Part shown: piece by piece, positions 40,477-50,351 of the stretch
Layout of the letters: every line of letters begins with the position of its first letter
Position numbering within the stretch: position 1 is the first letter of the stretch
Assembly (NCBI GenBank): GCA_963805855.1
Contig: CAWDVW010000007.1
Coordinates: 1 to 64,000 of the forward strand
Direction of reading: 5' to 3'
Length of the DNA: 64,000 bases
Origin: Candidatus Dadabacteria bacterium
Lineage (GTDB): Bacteria > Desulfobacterota_D > UBA1144 > Nemesobacterales > CSP1-2
The notes under the pieces: model-generated
The model's input: the letters and a program-made list of their open reading frames with translations, nothing else
Databases searched by the model: none
What the model was told of the DNA's origin: nothing
Position numbers and translations under genes: made by a program

Positions 40477-41313
40477 TCACCTGTTCCAAATTTTTAAAGC
40501 TTCTCTGTACAGTTGGTTTTTGGGTAATTTTGATTTTATAGCAAGCTCTTCGACTGCATTTTTCAGACTAAATCCTCTATCCTTATAAGATCTTATATCT
40601 CGTTCCAATTTTTCGATTGAAAATTCTCTATGTTCATCTTTGTTCCCTTCGATCACAAATGTAAATTCGCCCTTTAGTTCTTTTTTTTCTCTTAATCTCT
40701 CAATCACATCGGAAATCTTCCCCGTAATGGTTTCTTCAAACATTTTTGTTAGCTCTCGGCTTACCGATATCTGCCTGTCTCCAAATACTTCTATGATTGA
40801 TGCGAGTGTGTCTATAATCCTTCTGGATGATTCATAAAATATGAGGGTTTGTTCCAGGTCCTTGATTTCTCTTAAAAACTGCCCTTTCTTATTCTTCGTC
40901 TTTGGAAGAAAGCCAAAAAAGCTGAAACTTGATGTGGGAAGCCCGGATATACTCAACGCTGCAACTGCCGCGGAAGGTCCCGGAACGCTGATTACATCTA
41001 TTCCGTTTTCAGAGGCAGTTTTGACGAGTCTAAATCCTGGGTCAGAGATGCCTGGGGTGCCGGCATCAGAAACCAGCGCGATGTTCATGCCAGCTTCTAA
41101 CTGGCTTAGGAGATCTTTCGCTTTCTCCCTCTCATTGTGCTCGTGATAACTCGTAAGTGGTTTTCTGATCTGATAGTGAGAAAGGAGCTTTCGGGTATTT
41201 CTAGTGTCTTCACAGGCGATGAGATCGACTTCCTTCAGAATCCTGATGGCCCTGAGAGAGATATCCTCAAGATTTCCAATAGGCGTTGATACAACATACA
41301 GCTTTCCTTTCAT
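40477..41313 (-). CDS. rsmI: 16S rRNA C1402 2'-O-methyltransferase
   Basis: 'LYVVSTPIGNLEDIS.RA', 'ACEDTR', 'VSDAGTPGISDPG', 'RELTKMFEE'. Confidence 0.97.
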   Translation of the reverse strand: MKGKLYVVSTPIGNLEDISLRAIRILKEVDLIACEDTRNTRKLLSHYQIRKPLTSYHEHNEREKAKDLLSQLEAGMNIALVSDAGTPGISDPGFRLVKTASENGIDVISVPGPSAAVAALSISGLPTSSFSFFGFLPKTKNKKGQFLREIKDLEQTLIFYESSRRIIDTLASIIEVFGDRQISVSRELTKMFEETITGKISDVIERLREKKELKGEFTFVIEGNKDEHREFSIEKLERDIRSYKDRGFSLKNAVEELAIKSKLPKNQLYREALKIWNR

Positions 41314-41323
41314 TTAGAAAAAG

Positions 41324-41422
41324 AATACAAGATGCTCAATGCAGGATGCAAGATGAAACTGTTAAAATGAATGAAACGACGTAAATCCTATATCGTGCAT
41401 CGTGCATCATGTATCCTGCATC
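41324..41422. repeat. Inverted heptamer-array hairpin
   Basis: About 5 GATRCAN-type units (41324-41358), a loop, then 6 complementary units (41381-41422), just 3' of tRNA-Ser. Confidence 0.75.
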
Positions 41423-41428
41423 GTGAGA

Positions 41429-41514
<86 letters not shown>

Positions 41515-41678
41515 AAACCAATTCAATCTAGGAAAGATTATACATAAATGGTAGTTGAATTGTAGGGATGGCCTTCAATCCGATCAGGCTGAGTACGTCG
41601 ACTGAACTCAGTACAGGCCGTGTCGAAGTGTGACCGGACGTATTGACTATCCGACGGTTGCGGGTGTACGCAGAAAAA

Positions 41679-42284
41679 TTACGCCGCTAATTCGAGGATT
41701 CTTTTGATATGATTCTTGGGTATTTCGATAGGCTCTATTCTATCGTCTATATTCTCTCTCCACCGTTTAAACTCATATCCGTAGACAGCGCATCTGAGCA
41801 ATGATCTGATGTGTTTATGCAAGACGATGAGGATTGTTTCGTTTGGATAAGACAGGGCTATTTCTTTAATGGTTTTTAATATCCTTTTCTGGGCCGACTG
41901 TATCGTCTCTGTGCCATCGGGGATGGGTATAGATGAGGGGTCTTCTTCAAACCACTTTTTGAAATCTGAATCATGTAATAATTCCTGAATCTTTTTCCCG
42001 TTCCAACTTCCGTGATCAATTTCCTTAAGTCCAGGATTTATATGAAGGGGTATACCAAGATGATCTGCATAGGTTTTGGCTGTTTCATATGCTCTTTTCA
42101 ATGGACTGCTAATGATCCTCTGCACGCCTAAACTCTCTATTAGGGGTAAGTTAGCGTGCGCTTCGTCTCTGCCCTCTTGGCATAAAGGTATATCGGATGT
42201 TCCGACAAGCCGCTTTTCTAAGTTCCATTGTGTTTTACAATGACGCGCCAGGAAGATTTTCGGAGGATTATCTGGGATGAGCAT
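41679..42284 (-). CDS. Histidine phosphatase (phosphoglycerate mutase superfamily)
   Basis: 'FLARHCKTQWN', 'SSPLKRAYETA', 'LKEIDHGSWNG', 'LIVLH'. Confidence 0.88.
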   Translation of the reverse strand: MLIPDNPPKIFLARHCKTQWNLEKRLVGTSDIPLCQEGRDEAHANLPLIESLGVQRIISSPLKRAYETAKTYADHLGIPLHINPGLKEIDHGSWNGKKIQELLHDSDFKKWFEEDPSSIPIPDGTETIQSAQKRILKTIKEIALSYPNETILIVLHKHIRSLLRCAVYGYEFKRWRENIDDRIEPIEIPKNHIKRILELAA

Positions 42285-42415
42285 TGGCGATTAAAATTAT
42301 TTTGCCTATCAAGTGAAAACTATAGAATAATCATTGATATTAAACACGTTAAGAGGTTAGAACAGAGATTTTCGAGTTTATTTAATAGGGGCTCGTACCA
42401 TTGAACGTGTTTGAA

Positions 42416-44050
42416 TTAATTTTTGACCCCCTTAAGCTGAGGGAGAAATCGGCCACCTAGCATAATGGAACCCTGTTCTATGCCTTCCTTTAATCTTGAA
42501 ATTAAATATTCTTCGCTGGGTCCTAAGATGTTTACACCATGATCAGATTCTACTAAACAAAGTAATTTCATGTCTGAGCCATTTTGGTTCGCCAACTCAT
42601 AAACACAAGAATAGTTTAAAAGTGCGGCTTCCACAGTTCCACAGGGCATGGATGGGTTAGTCTCACCTGCGTGATATTCATTTTGTTTGAACCATCCCGG
42701 GTCAGGGTATCCGTGAAAGTGAAGGATTGGCATCCCGTCTTTGATCATATCAGGAGTATAGAGTGCTGCTGAAAGTGCCTGGGCAAGAATTACATATGTA
42801 TCAAAAGAAGGCCTGATATCCCTTCTGTTCAGATCAATCCCGACAGGTGTTTGAAGAAATAGCTTCCCTTGAACTAATCCGATTCTGACTACATCTGAGC
42901 TAGGGTCAAGGTTCGTCTTATCACATCCCGATCTGGAAGTTAAAATCCAAATATCAGGCACCTGCTGATAGTCTACTTTTTCCCTCATAACGGTTTTTAT
43001 GTATAATCTGCCGTTTTCGTTTTGCCTTACTATTTCACTGTTAACTCCGTCCAGCTTTGATAATTTATCCCATTCTTCAAATGTTAACTGTTTGGCACCT
43101 TCATATTTGGGGGCTTCTGCAATAGCGATAAATCCATATGATACGCCTGTCCTACCTTCGAAAATCTTTTCGACGACATCTCTATGAGATAGTCTGGTAA
43201 TTTTGTCGCTGAAACTTGAACCCTTCGGGAATAGGTCGGTGTGTTTTAAGTTTCTTCCCAGGTTTGCTAATTGATGTGCATATTCGGATTCACGCGGGTC
43301 AAATTCTCCCTTTATAAAACGATTTAGGACCGGAGGTTTAATTGGTGCATAAATTTTAGGGATGAATGAATTCAATATGAAATCGTCAAGTTGGGTTATC
43401 GGGAATGTGGAATCGGAAAGGTTCATATTAATTATCGAAATTCTATCTGCGGAGACACCAATAACTACCTCTGACATTGTTCGAATTATGTTCTTTAGTC
43501 CGATACTGATCTTTCGCTCATAAGGGGTATTGCTATCTGCAAATTCATCATCTAATGACATTAGTGTTACGACCTGAGTATTAAAGGGATCTTGAACATG
43601 CTTTTTTGTTAAGTCATCAGCCCATCCACTTGTCTTAATAATCTCAGTAACTGACTTATTAGGAGAGCGCAAAACGTAATATATCTTTTCCGCAAGATTA
43701 GTCATCAACCATCTGAACTTGGAATACGGTCTATCTACGTCAATCACAGCATTAATATTTCTTTTGACCTTCCTTATTCTGAACATTCTTGAGATCAGGC
43801 TCTCTTGCTGAATATCTGAAGCCCTGTTCCATTGTATTACATGAACACCGCATTGGGATAGCTTCTCATATAATCTGTATCGAAAGTCAATGATGGTTTT
43901 GTTGGCATAACCCTTGGGAAGAGGTCTAAAGGTAACTCTGACCTTCTCTGCCATCTGTTTTGGATCGCGAGGATTGACCAATTCCTTTTGTACGGGCATC
44001 CCCCCGAGACTTATTATGGTTTCCAGGTCCAGATCCGCCAATTCGGCCAT
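42416..44050 (-). CDS. Hypothetical protein with a C-terminal class II aldolase/adducin-like motif set
   Basis: 544-aa ORF, GGAGG RBS; 'SG.DK', 'RPS', 'ILHFHGYP', 'PCGT', 'DHGV'. Confidence 0.65.
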   Translation of the reverse strand: MAELADLDLETIISLGGMPVQKELVNPRDPKQMAEKVRVTFRPLPKGYANKTIIDFRYRLYEKLSQCGVHVIQWNRASDIQQESLISRMFRIRKVKRNINAVIDVDRPYSKFRWLMTNLAEKIYYVLRSPNKSVTEIIKTSGWADDLTKKHVQDPFNTQVVTLMSLDDEFADSNTPYERKISIGLKNIIRTMSEVVIGVSADRISIINMNLSDSTFPITQLDDFILNSFIPKIYAPIKPPVLNRFIKGEFDPRESEYAHQLANLGRNLKHTDLFPKGSSFSDKITRLSHRDVVEKIFEGRTGVSYGFIAIAEAPKYEGAKQLTFEEWDKLSKLDGVNSEIVRQNENGRLYIKTVMREKVDYQQVPDIWILTSRSGCDKTNLDPSSDVVRIGLVQGKLFLQTPVGIDLNRRDIRPSFDTYVILAQALSAALYTPDMIKDGMPILHFHGYPDPGWFKQNEYHAGETNPSMPCGTVEAALLNYSCVYELANQNGSDMKLLCLVESDHGVNILGPSEEYLISRLKEGIEQGSIMLGGRFLPQLKGVKN

Positions 44051-44273
44051 TCTAAGTTATCCTCCAAAACATCACCTGCTTGAGTATACCAATCTCTCCA
44101 ATAATTTTGAGAAAACCTTAAACTAATTAACTCTAAACGATTTTTTTTGCATCATCAACTTACTAAGAAAACTTTTAACGCTTCTCAATTGGCGAAAGAT
44201 GCATTAACACGGATGTGAATTAAATAAACCTTCGGATTGTAGTTAAGTTGCGCTCAGTTATTCTTGGCAAAAG

Positions 44274-45014
44274 CTAGGACGCGATTCGCATTGTGTCATA
44301 TTCACCTAACCCTTTCAACATACAATCTCGAACAAGGCTTTCAAGTTCTTCTCTCCCAGCTTTCCCTTGGGGCAGATTCTTTACATCTATGGGAGGAAAA
44401 ATTTTCATTGACATCGTACCAGGTTTTATCCACAGTGAACCTTTTGGCATAATTTCATGCCCTCCAGATATTACGACAGGCACAACGGGTACTCTAGCGA
44501 GCAACGCTATAACAAATCCACCTTTTTGGAATGGAAGGAGCTTTCCATCGGGGCTTCTTGTTCCCTCAGGAGCTAATATCAGAGGTGGCCCGTTTCTGAT
44601 TTGTTTTGCGATATTTTTGACTTGTTCAGTATCCCTCTTCGATCCATCCCGTGCAACGAAGTATTGACCGCTGAGTTTTGAAACCCACCCAACAAAAGGT
44701 ATCTTTGCCACCTCATCTTTCAAAATGGCCCTCCATTCTATGGGAAGGAAGCCGCAATAAAACGGTATATCAAGGGCACTTTGGTGATTGTACATGATTA
44801 CAGAGGGTCCATCGGGAATGTTATCGAGCCCTTCGATTCTGACCCTGATCCCGCAGCCCTTTATAAGACAATATCCCCAAGGTCTGGTTCCGTATCTTAT
44901 CACGTACTTTGGGGCTAGTATGGAAAGAATAACGCCGATACTACCTATGATAACTGTTACTAGAAAGGCTACAATCCAGCAATATATTGTTGTTATTAAC
45001 CGATATGCTTTCAT
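44274..45014 (-). CDS. plsC: 1-acyl-sn-glycerol-3-phosphate acyltransferase
   Basis: 'NHQSALDIP', 'APEGTRS', 'PFQKGGF', 'VPVVPV'. Confidence 0.9.
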   Translation of the reverse strand: MKAYRLITTIYCWIVAFLVTVIIGSIGVILSILAPKYVIRYGTRPWGYCLIKGCGIRVRIEGLDNIPDGPSVIMYNHQSALDIPFYCGFLPIEWRAILKDEVAKIPFVGWVSKLSGQYFVARDGSKRDTEQVKNIAKQIRNGPPLILAPEGTRSPDGKLLPFQKGGFVIALLARVPVVPVVISGGHEIMPKGSLWIKPGTMSMKIFPPIDVKNLPQGKAGREELESLVRDCMLKGLGEYDTMRIAS

Positions 45015-45223
45015 TAAGTAATTATTGAAAAGTAACCACTATTGAGGTCGGTTTGTCAAGATTTTTACGGCAATTACTCTTTATTCTATGGTATTGTCAA
45101 TTATCAAATTCTTAGGGTGAGACCAAAAAAAATTTTTATTGACAAAGATTAGTATAGATGATAGTCGTAATTGAATAAAATTGAGAATTAGAATCTGTAA
45201 TTTTTCCTGTTCAATTTCAATCT

Positions 45224-46126
45224 ATGAAAAAGCTCGGACATTCTAAATTTGAATCGCTTTCGTGCATAAATTATTACATACTGATATTGATTATTTTTTT
45301 TACCGTGGCGTGTGCGCAGGGCTTCCCGGAGTTAAATCCCTCCAAGGAGACATCAACAGTTTCAGGTAAAGAGTGGAAGCCTCGCACCGGAGAGTATTCT
45401 GAGTTTTTCCGGACTGAGGAATTGGCCGGGGTTCCTTCAGAATTAGAGGACGTCATCAAGGAGCTAACGCTTTCCCAGTTGGTTGACGTAGCTCTTGTTA
45501 ACAATCCGACTACCTTACAGGCGTGGGAGCATGCAAAAGCCGCTGCCGCTGCTTGGGCGGTAGCCCGTGGGATATATTATCCCCAGATTGGCGGCTCTGC
45601 AGCTTATGCCTATTCAAAGAGTGGCGGTTCCACTCAAGGTCTGAATCAATTCCAAGAGCAGTACGGCCAGGTTGGTGCCACGCTCAACTATCTCCTCCTC
45701 GATTTCGGTGGGCGTAGCGCTCAGTCCGAGGCTGCGCGCCAAGCGCTATTTAGTGCAAACTGGAATCATAATCAGGCGATACAGGATGTCTGGAATGCAT
45801 ACTACAACTTCCGAACAGCAGCCCAGCAGCTGGAGGCAAGCGGGGTACTTGTGGCCAGTGCTAAGGAGTCTTACGATGCCTCTCTTACACGCTTCCGCTC
45901 TGGGGTAGGGGATATTGTGGAATTACTGAATGCTCAAACCTTGCTGGCTGAGGCGCGAGCAGAAATGGTTCAGTCTCGAACGAACACGTTTACTTCCTAT
46001 GCGGAGCTGGTACATGCAATTGGCGCTGAACTACCTTCAATAAATAATGGCAATTCTATTACCGAGCCTGAGAGTACCTCTGGAGCTGAAAATGAGGAGC
46101 ACTTGAGTCAGGTGAACTCGCCGTAG
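45224..46126 (+). CDS. TolC-family outer-membrane efflux lipoprotein, half-length (single OEP repeat; possibly internally deleted)
   Basis: Lipobox 'TVAC', 'LTLSQLVDVALVNNP', 'LLDFGGR', 'VWNAYY', 'RFRSGVGDIVELLNAQ'; only 300 aa. Confidence 0.75.
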   Translation: MKKLGHSKFESLSCINYYILILIIFFTVACAQGFPELNPSKETSTVSGKEWKPRTGEYSEFFRTEELAGVPSELEDVIKELTLSQLVDVALVNNPTTLQAWEHAKAAAAAWAVARGIYYPQIGGSAAYAYSKSGGSTQGLNQFQEQYGQVGATLNYLLLDFGGRSAQSEAARQALFSANWNHNQAIQDVWNAYYNFRTAAQQLEASGVLVASAKESYDASLTRFRSGVGDIVELLNAQTLLAEARAEMVQSRTNTFTSYAELVHAIGAELPSINNGNSITEPESTSGAENEEHLSQVNSP

Positions 46127-46175
46127 TTGTTGCACCCAAGTAGGTCATGGGCTCCGAGAGGTTCAATCGATCTAG

Positions 46176-47468
46176 ATGCTTATATCGAGGCAATCAATCT
46201 TAATCTTATTCCCGCTGATTCTTGTTATCATAACCATGACAGTTAACTCCAGCGCCGAGAATCATCTTGATCGGACTGGTAACAACAATCGTAGTTTCAC
46301 AAATTTCCTCGGTTCATGGTCGAAGCAAGACTATTTAACGGGGAATTGGGGGGGTTACCGAGAAAAACTTAAAGATAAAGGTATCGACATATTTGGTTTC
46401 TATTATGCTACCGTTCTTGGAAATTCGATCGGAGGCAGATCTAAAGGGGTCTCTCACGCCGGTTTACTGGATCTATTTGTAAACTTAGATTTGGAAAAAT
46501 TAATCGGGGTCAAAGGATCGAGTTTTCGTATCTCCGGCTACTGGTCCTCGGGGCGTAGTCTGACCGAAAATTTTATCGGAAACTTTTTCAATGTCTCGAG
46601 CGCATTTAATGGAGATTCCGTAGGACTTTATCAGCTTTACTTCGAGCAATCTCTATTTGACGACATTTTAAACATTGCACTGGGCCGAATGGCTACCGGT
46701 GATGATTTTATGACCTCTCCCATTTTCTATAACTTTGTGAGCCTCGCATTCGATCAAAACCCTGTAAGTATCTTCTTCAACATTCCGTCTTTTACGGCCG
46801 ATCCGACTTCAACTTGGGGGGTCAGGGCTAAAGTTGCTCCAGTAAAGGAGTTTTATGCGATGTTTGGATTGTATGACTCCAATCCTGCTACCGGAAGAAT
46901 TAGTTTTAGGAATTTCGAGCCTTCGTTTAACGGAGAAGGCTTAATAATAGGCGAGGTGGGTTTTTCAGTTAACAATGACCGAGACTTGAAAGGGCTTTCT
47001 GGAAATTATAAGATTGGGGGATATTACGATACCAGTAACTTCCCTTTGTTATCAGCCCCAGAGGCTAAGAGGAGTGGAAATTATGGATTTTATTTACTCA
47101 TGGATCAGATGATTTATCGTGAGGGTGCGCCGGGGAGCGATCAGGGACTTACGCCCTTCGTAACATTTACCTTAGCTCCTTCAAATGACATAAATACTTT
47201 TCCATTTTTCTTCTCGACTGGAATGGTTTACGAGGGATTATTCCCCAGCAGGGATACTGACACAACCTCATTTGGTTTTTCTTACGGAAAGGTCAGTAAA
47301 GACCTGATTGGACAAGACTTTGAAATCCTCATGGAGTTAACCCACATCTTTAATATAACTCCTTGGTTAAGTGTTCAGCCCGATATACAGTATGTTATAC
47401 ACCCGGGTGGCTCAAGTGAGATACCGAACGCATTTGTGATTGGATTTGCCTTGGACGTAAAATTGTAA
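46176..47468 (+). CDS. Carbohydrate-selective porin, OprB family
   Basis: 'LTGNWGGYREKL.D.GI', 'YQLYFEQ', 'QPDIQYVIHPGG'. Confidence 0.88.
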   Translation: MLISRQSILILFPLILVIITMTVNSSAENHLDRTGNNNRSFTNFLGSWSKQDYLTGNWGGYREKLKDKGIDIFGFYYATVLGNSIGGRSKGVSHAGLLDLFVNLDLEKLIGVKGSSFRISGYWSSGRSLTENFIGNFFNVSSAFNGDSVGLYQLYFEQSLFDDILNIALGRMATGDDFMTSPIFYNFVSLAFDQNPVSIFFNIPSFTADPTSTWGVRAKVAPVKEFYAMFGLYDSNPATGRISFRNFEPSFNGEGLIIGEVGFSVNNDRDLKGLSGNYKIGGYYDTSNFPLLSAPEAKRSGNYGFYLLMDQMIYREGAPGSDQGLTPFVTFTLAPSNDINTFPFFFSTGMVYEGLFPSRDTDTTSFGFSYGKVSKDLIGQDFEILMELTHIFNITPWLSVQPDIQYVIHPGGSSEIPNAFVIGFALDVKL

Positions 47469-47623
47469 CATCTGCTGCTTTTCCAAAGATTACGCTTTTA
47501 ATACTCGGCCCCCTAGACGAAGAATCTGCAATTCTGACCCATCTTTTATTGAAATCGATATTCCCCTGTGTGATAATGACAGATTATTAATATCCCTTAC
47601 GCGATTTTTAGGAGGAAATTCAG

Positions 47624-48439
47624 ATGGTGATCAATAATGACGGCGTATTGAAAGGGCAGCGAGCGCTCGTAACCGGATCCAGCTCAGGTATAGGAAGGGA
47701 AGTGGCAATTGAGCTTGCCAAGGCTGGAGCCTCTGTTGTTATTAACTATAGGGCAGGCGGTGATAAGGCTAGACAGGTGGTCCAAGAGATTAAGGATTCG
47801 GGAGGAGAGGCTATAGGGCTGCAGGCCGACGTCAGTAAAGAGGATGACGTTCAGCGTATGTTTAAGGAAATGGTCGATGCGTATGGAAGCATCGATATAC
47901 TGGTTAACAATGCAGGGATGCAAAGAGATGCCCCATTTCAAGAAATGACCCTCGAGCAATGGTATGCAGTAATCTCCGTGGATTTAACGGGTCAGTTCCT
48001 CTGTTCCAGAGAGGCTGTTAGAGAATTTTTAAGAAGGGGGATCGTTCCGGAATTGTCGAGCGCAATGGGGAAAATCATATGTATGTCCTCGGTGCATGAT
48101 GCCATCCCATGGGCCGGTCATGCGAATTATGCTGCCTCTAAAGGTGGGGTCAGTATGCTGATGAAAACACTTGCCCAGGAGCTTGCTCCTAATCGTATCC
48201 GTGTGAATGCCATTTCTCCCGGTGCCATTAAGACCGATATAAATAAATCTGTATGGGGTACTCCGGAGGGCATGCAGGGATTGCTCGAGTTAATTCCGTA
48301 TGGCCGTATTGGAGAGGTTTCCGATATTGCGAGGGCCGCAGTATGGCTGGCTTCTGATGATTCAGACTATGTAACTGGAGCCACACTTTATGTGGACGGT
48401 GGTATGACTCTTTATCCTAGTTTTCGAACCGGTGGTTGA
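47624..48439 (+). CDS. Glucose 1-dehydrogenase-like SDR
   Basis: 'VTGSSSGIG', 'NNAG', 'SSVH..IPW', 'YAASKGG', 'VDGGMTLYPSF'. Confidence 0.88.
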   Translation: MVINNDGVLKGQRALVTGSSSGIGREVAIELAKAGASVVINYRAGGDKARQVVQEIKDSGGEAIGLQADVSKEDDVQRMFKEMVDAYGSIDILVNNAGMQRDAPFQEMTLEQWYAVISVDLTGQFLCSREAVREFLRRGIVPELSSAMGKIICMSSVHDAIPWAGHANYAASKGGVSMLMKTLAQELAPNRIRVNAISPGAIKTDINKSVWGTPEGMQGLLELIPYGRIGEVSDIARAAVWLASDDSDYVTGATLYVDGGMTLYPSFRTGG

Positions 48440-48504
48440 CGCATCGGATTAAGAGTTAGACATTGATCTATCGATCTCGAGTATCAACATTTCAATTGGG
48501 AAAC

Positions 48505-49401
48505 ATGAGTGATAAAATTCGGAAACTCGAGGCTGTTCTGGCATTACGGGCAGATGCGATTGTTGGTGAGTCGCCTGTTTGGAGTGCCAGTGAGAATTTA
48601 TTGTATTGGGTCGACATTACTAGAGGATTGATTCACCGTTATAATCCAAGTAGTGGTCTTGATGAGAAATTTAAGGTTCCGCAGCCAGTTTCTGCGCTTG
48701 CGTTGCGAGAAAAAGGGGGATTAGTGTTGGCTTTAAGGGACGGGTTTGCGTTTTTTGATCCCACAAGTGGCGAATTAGAGACGATTGGCGATCCTGAAGA
48801 GAATCTTCCAGACAACCGATTCAATGATGCAAAATGCGATCCTCAGGGTCGTTTCTGGGGTGGAACGATGTCGAATACGCGTTGGAACGAACCTTCGGGG
48901 AGTCTTTATCGGCTTGACCCGGATCTTAAAATCGCGAAGATGAGGGGAGAAGTTGTCTGTTCCAATGGCATGGGTTGGAGTCCCGGTGGCAAAACAATGT
49001 ATCACACGGAGAGCTTTCGCTACGCTATTTATGCTTATGATTTCGCCCCGTCTAGCGGCGATATTTCTAATCGCAGGGTGTTCGCGACCGTCGATCAGAA
49101 CACCGGGGGTTTCCCGGACGGGTTGACTGTTGATCAGGACGGTTTTGTGTGGAGCGTCCATAATGCTGTGGCAAAGGTCGTGCGCTACAATCCTCTCGGC
49201 GTGATCGTGGAGGAGATCGAGGTTCCGGTTCCCCGCCCGTGCGGTTGCACCTTTGGCGGAGAGCACTTTGATAGGCTTTACATAACGACTGCGAGAGAGA
49301 CCTTAACTGATGAAACGCTCAGGGAGATACCACTCTGTGGAAGTATTTTTGTAGTTGACCCTGGGGTGAAAGGGTTTCCTGAGCCACTTTTTAAAGGTTA
49401 G
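48505..49401 (+). CDS. SMP-30/gluconolactonase family protein
   Basis: 'GESPVW', 'NRFNDAKCDPQGRFW.GTM', 'SNGMGWSP', 'PDGLTVD'; ATG 48505 preferred. Confidence 0.92.
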   Translation: MSDKIRKLEAVLALRADAIVGESPVWSASENLLYWVDITRGLIHRYNPSSGLDEKFKVPQPVSALALREKGGLVLALRDGFAFFDPTSGELETIGDPEENLPDNRFNDAKCDPQGRFWGGTMSNTRWNEPSGSLYRLDPDLKIAKMRGEVVCSNGMGWSPGGKTMYHTESFRYAIYAYDFAPSSGDISNRRVFATVDQNTGGFPDGLTVDQDGFVWSVHNAVAKVVRYNPLGVIVEEIEVPVPRPCGCTFGGEHFDRLYITTARETLTDETLREIPLCGSIFVVDPGVKGFPEPLFKG

Positions 49402-49430
49402 GGTTCCTCTTAGATGCTAAAGGGATCCGA

Positions 49431-49519
49431 CCGTGCTGAGCTCGTCGAAGCACGGAGTCGAAGCTTGGACTTACGCTTTCTCATCCTTCGACGCTTCGAT
49501 TGTACTTCGGGCTCAGCAT
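49431..49519. repeat. CTTCGAC/GCTCAG-type palindromic repeat remnant
   Basis: 'gtgctgagctcgtcgaagcac' and 'ccttcgac...gctcagcatg'; related fragments at ~2032-2068 and ~41572-41628. Confidence 0.45.
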
Positions 49520-49571
49520 GTATGGGTCATTAGGTAGACATTCGAGAAAAATGGGACAGCAGATGTAAACC

Positions 49572-50342
49572 ATGGACATCTTATATTTTAAAATCATTGC
49601 GATAGTAGTTGTCTTCGCAGTAGGTCTTTCAAGCGGACTATTGCCTTTAAAATTCGAGCTGTCAGAAAAAAACCGGGTGTTCTTCTCGGTTGGGAATTCA
49701 TTTGCTGGCGGAATATTTTTGGGAGTCGGTTTGCTACACATGCTCCCCGATGGTTTGTTGCTATTGAGCGGTGTTAGCAAATACCCCTTTGCATTACTTT
49801 TGTGCGGTGTAAGCCTTGGCGTGTTGCTTTTTCTGGAGAAGGTTCTACTTATTCAGCATGAACTACATGACCTAGATAGAATTAATAGAAGTAATTCCAT
49901 GTATCCATATTTATTGGCTGTAGTCCTTTCGATACATTCATTTATCGCTGGTGTTGCACTTGGAATAGAAACAACGATTTTTGCTACAATCGTCATATTC
50001 ATCGCAATCATTGCCCATAAGGGTTCGGCGGCACTTGCGCTTGGAATCAGCATGAGAAAAGCCGGCTTCATAAAACCATTACACCTCAAGGTTGTAGCAC
50101 TTTTTACTATCATGACACCGTCTGGAATAATTATTGGCTCGATACTTTCGAACATCTTCTCAGATTCAATAAGTCGCGAGTTAGAAGGCGTGTTCGATTC
50201 ACTTGCAGCCGGTACATTTCTCTATGTTTCTGTACTTGATATAATTGAGGAGGAATTTTCAATCCCGGGCAATGAGTGGCTAAAATTCTCGTCGATTATA
50301 GTGGGGTTTCTATTGATGTCGACCCTAGCTTTATGGTCCTAA
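49572..50342 (+). CDS. ZIP family metal transporter
   Basis: 'FAGGIFLGVGLLHMLPD', 'LSIHSFIAGVALG', 'IIAHKG', 'AAGTFLYV'. Confidence 0.92.
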   Translation: MDILYFKIIAIVVVFAVGLSSGLLPLKFELSEKNRVFFSVGNSFAGGIFLGVGLLHMLPDGLLLLSGVSKYPFALLLCGVSLGVLLFLEKVLLIQHELHDLDRINRSNSMYPYLLAVVLSIHSFIAGVALGIETTIFATIVIFIAIIAHKGSAALALGISMRKAGFIKPLHLKVVALFTIMTPSGIIIGSILSNIFSDSISRELEGVFDSLAAGTFLYVSVLDIIEEEFSIPGNEWLKFSSIIVGFLLMSTLALWS

Positions 50343-50351
50343 AGCCAGACG

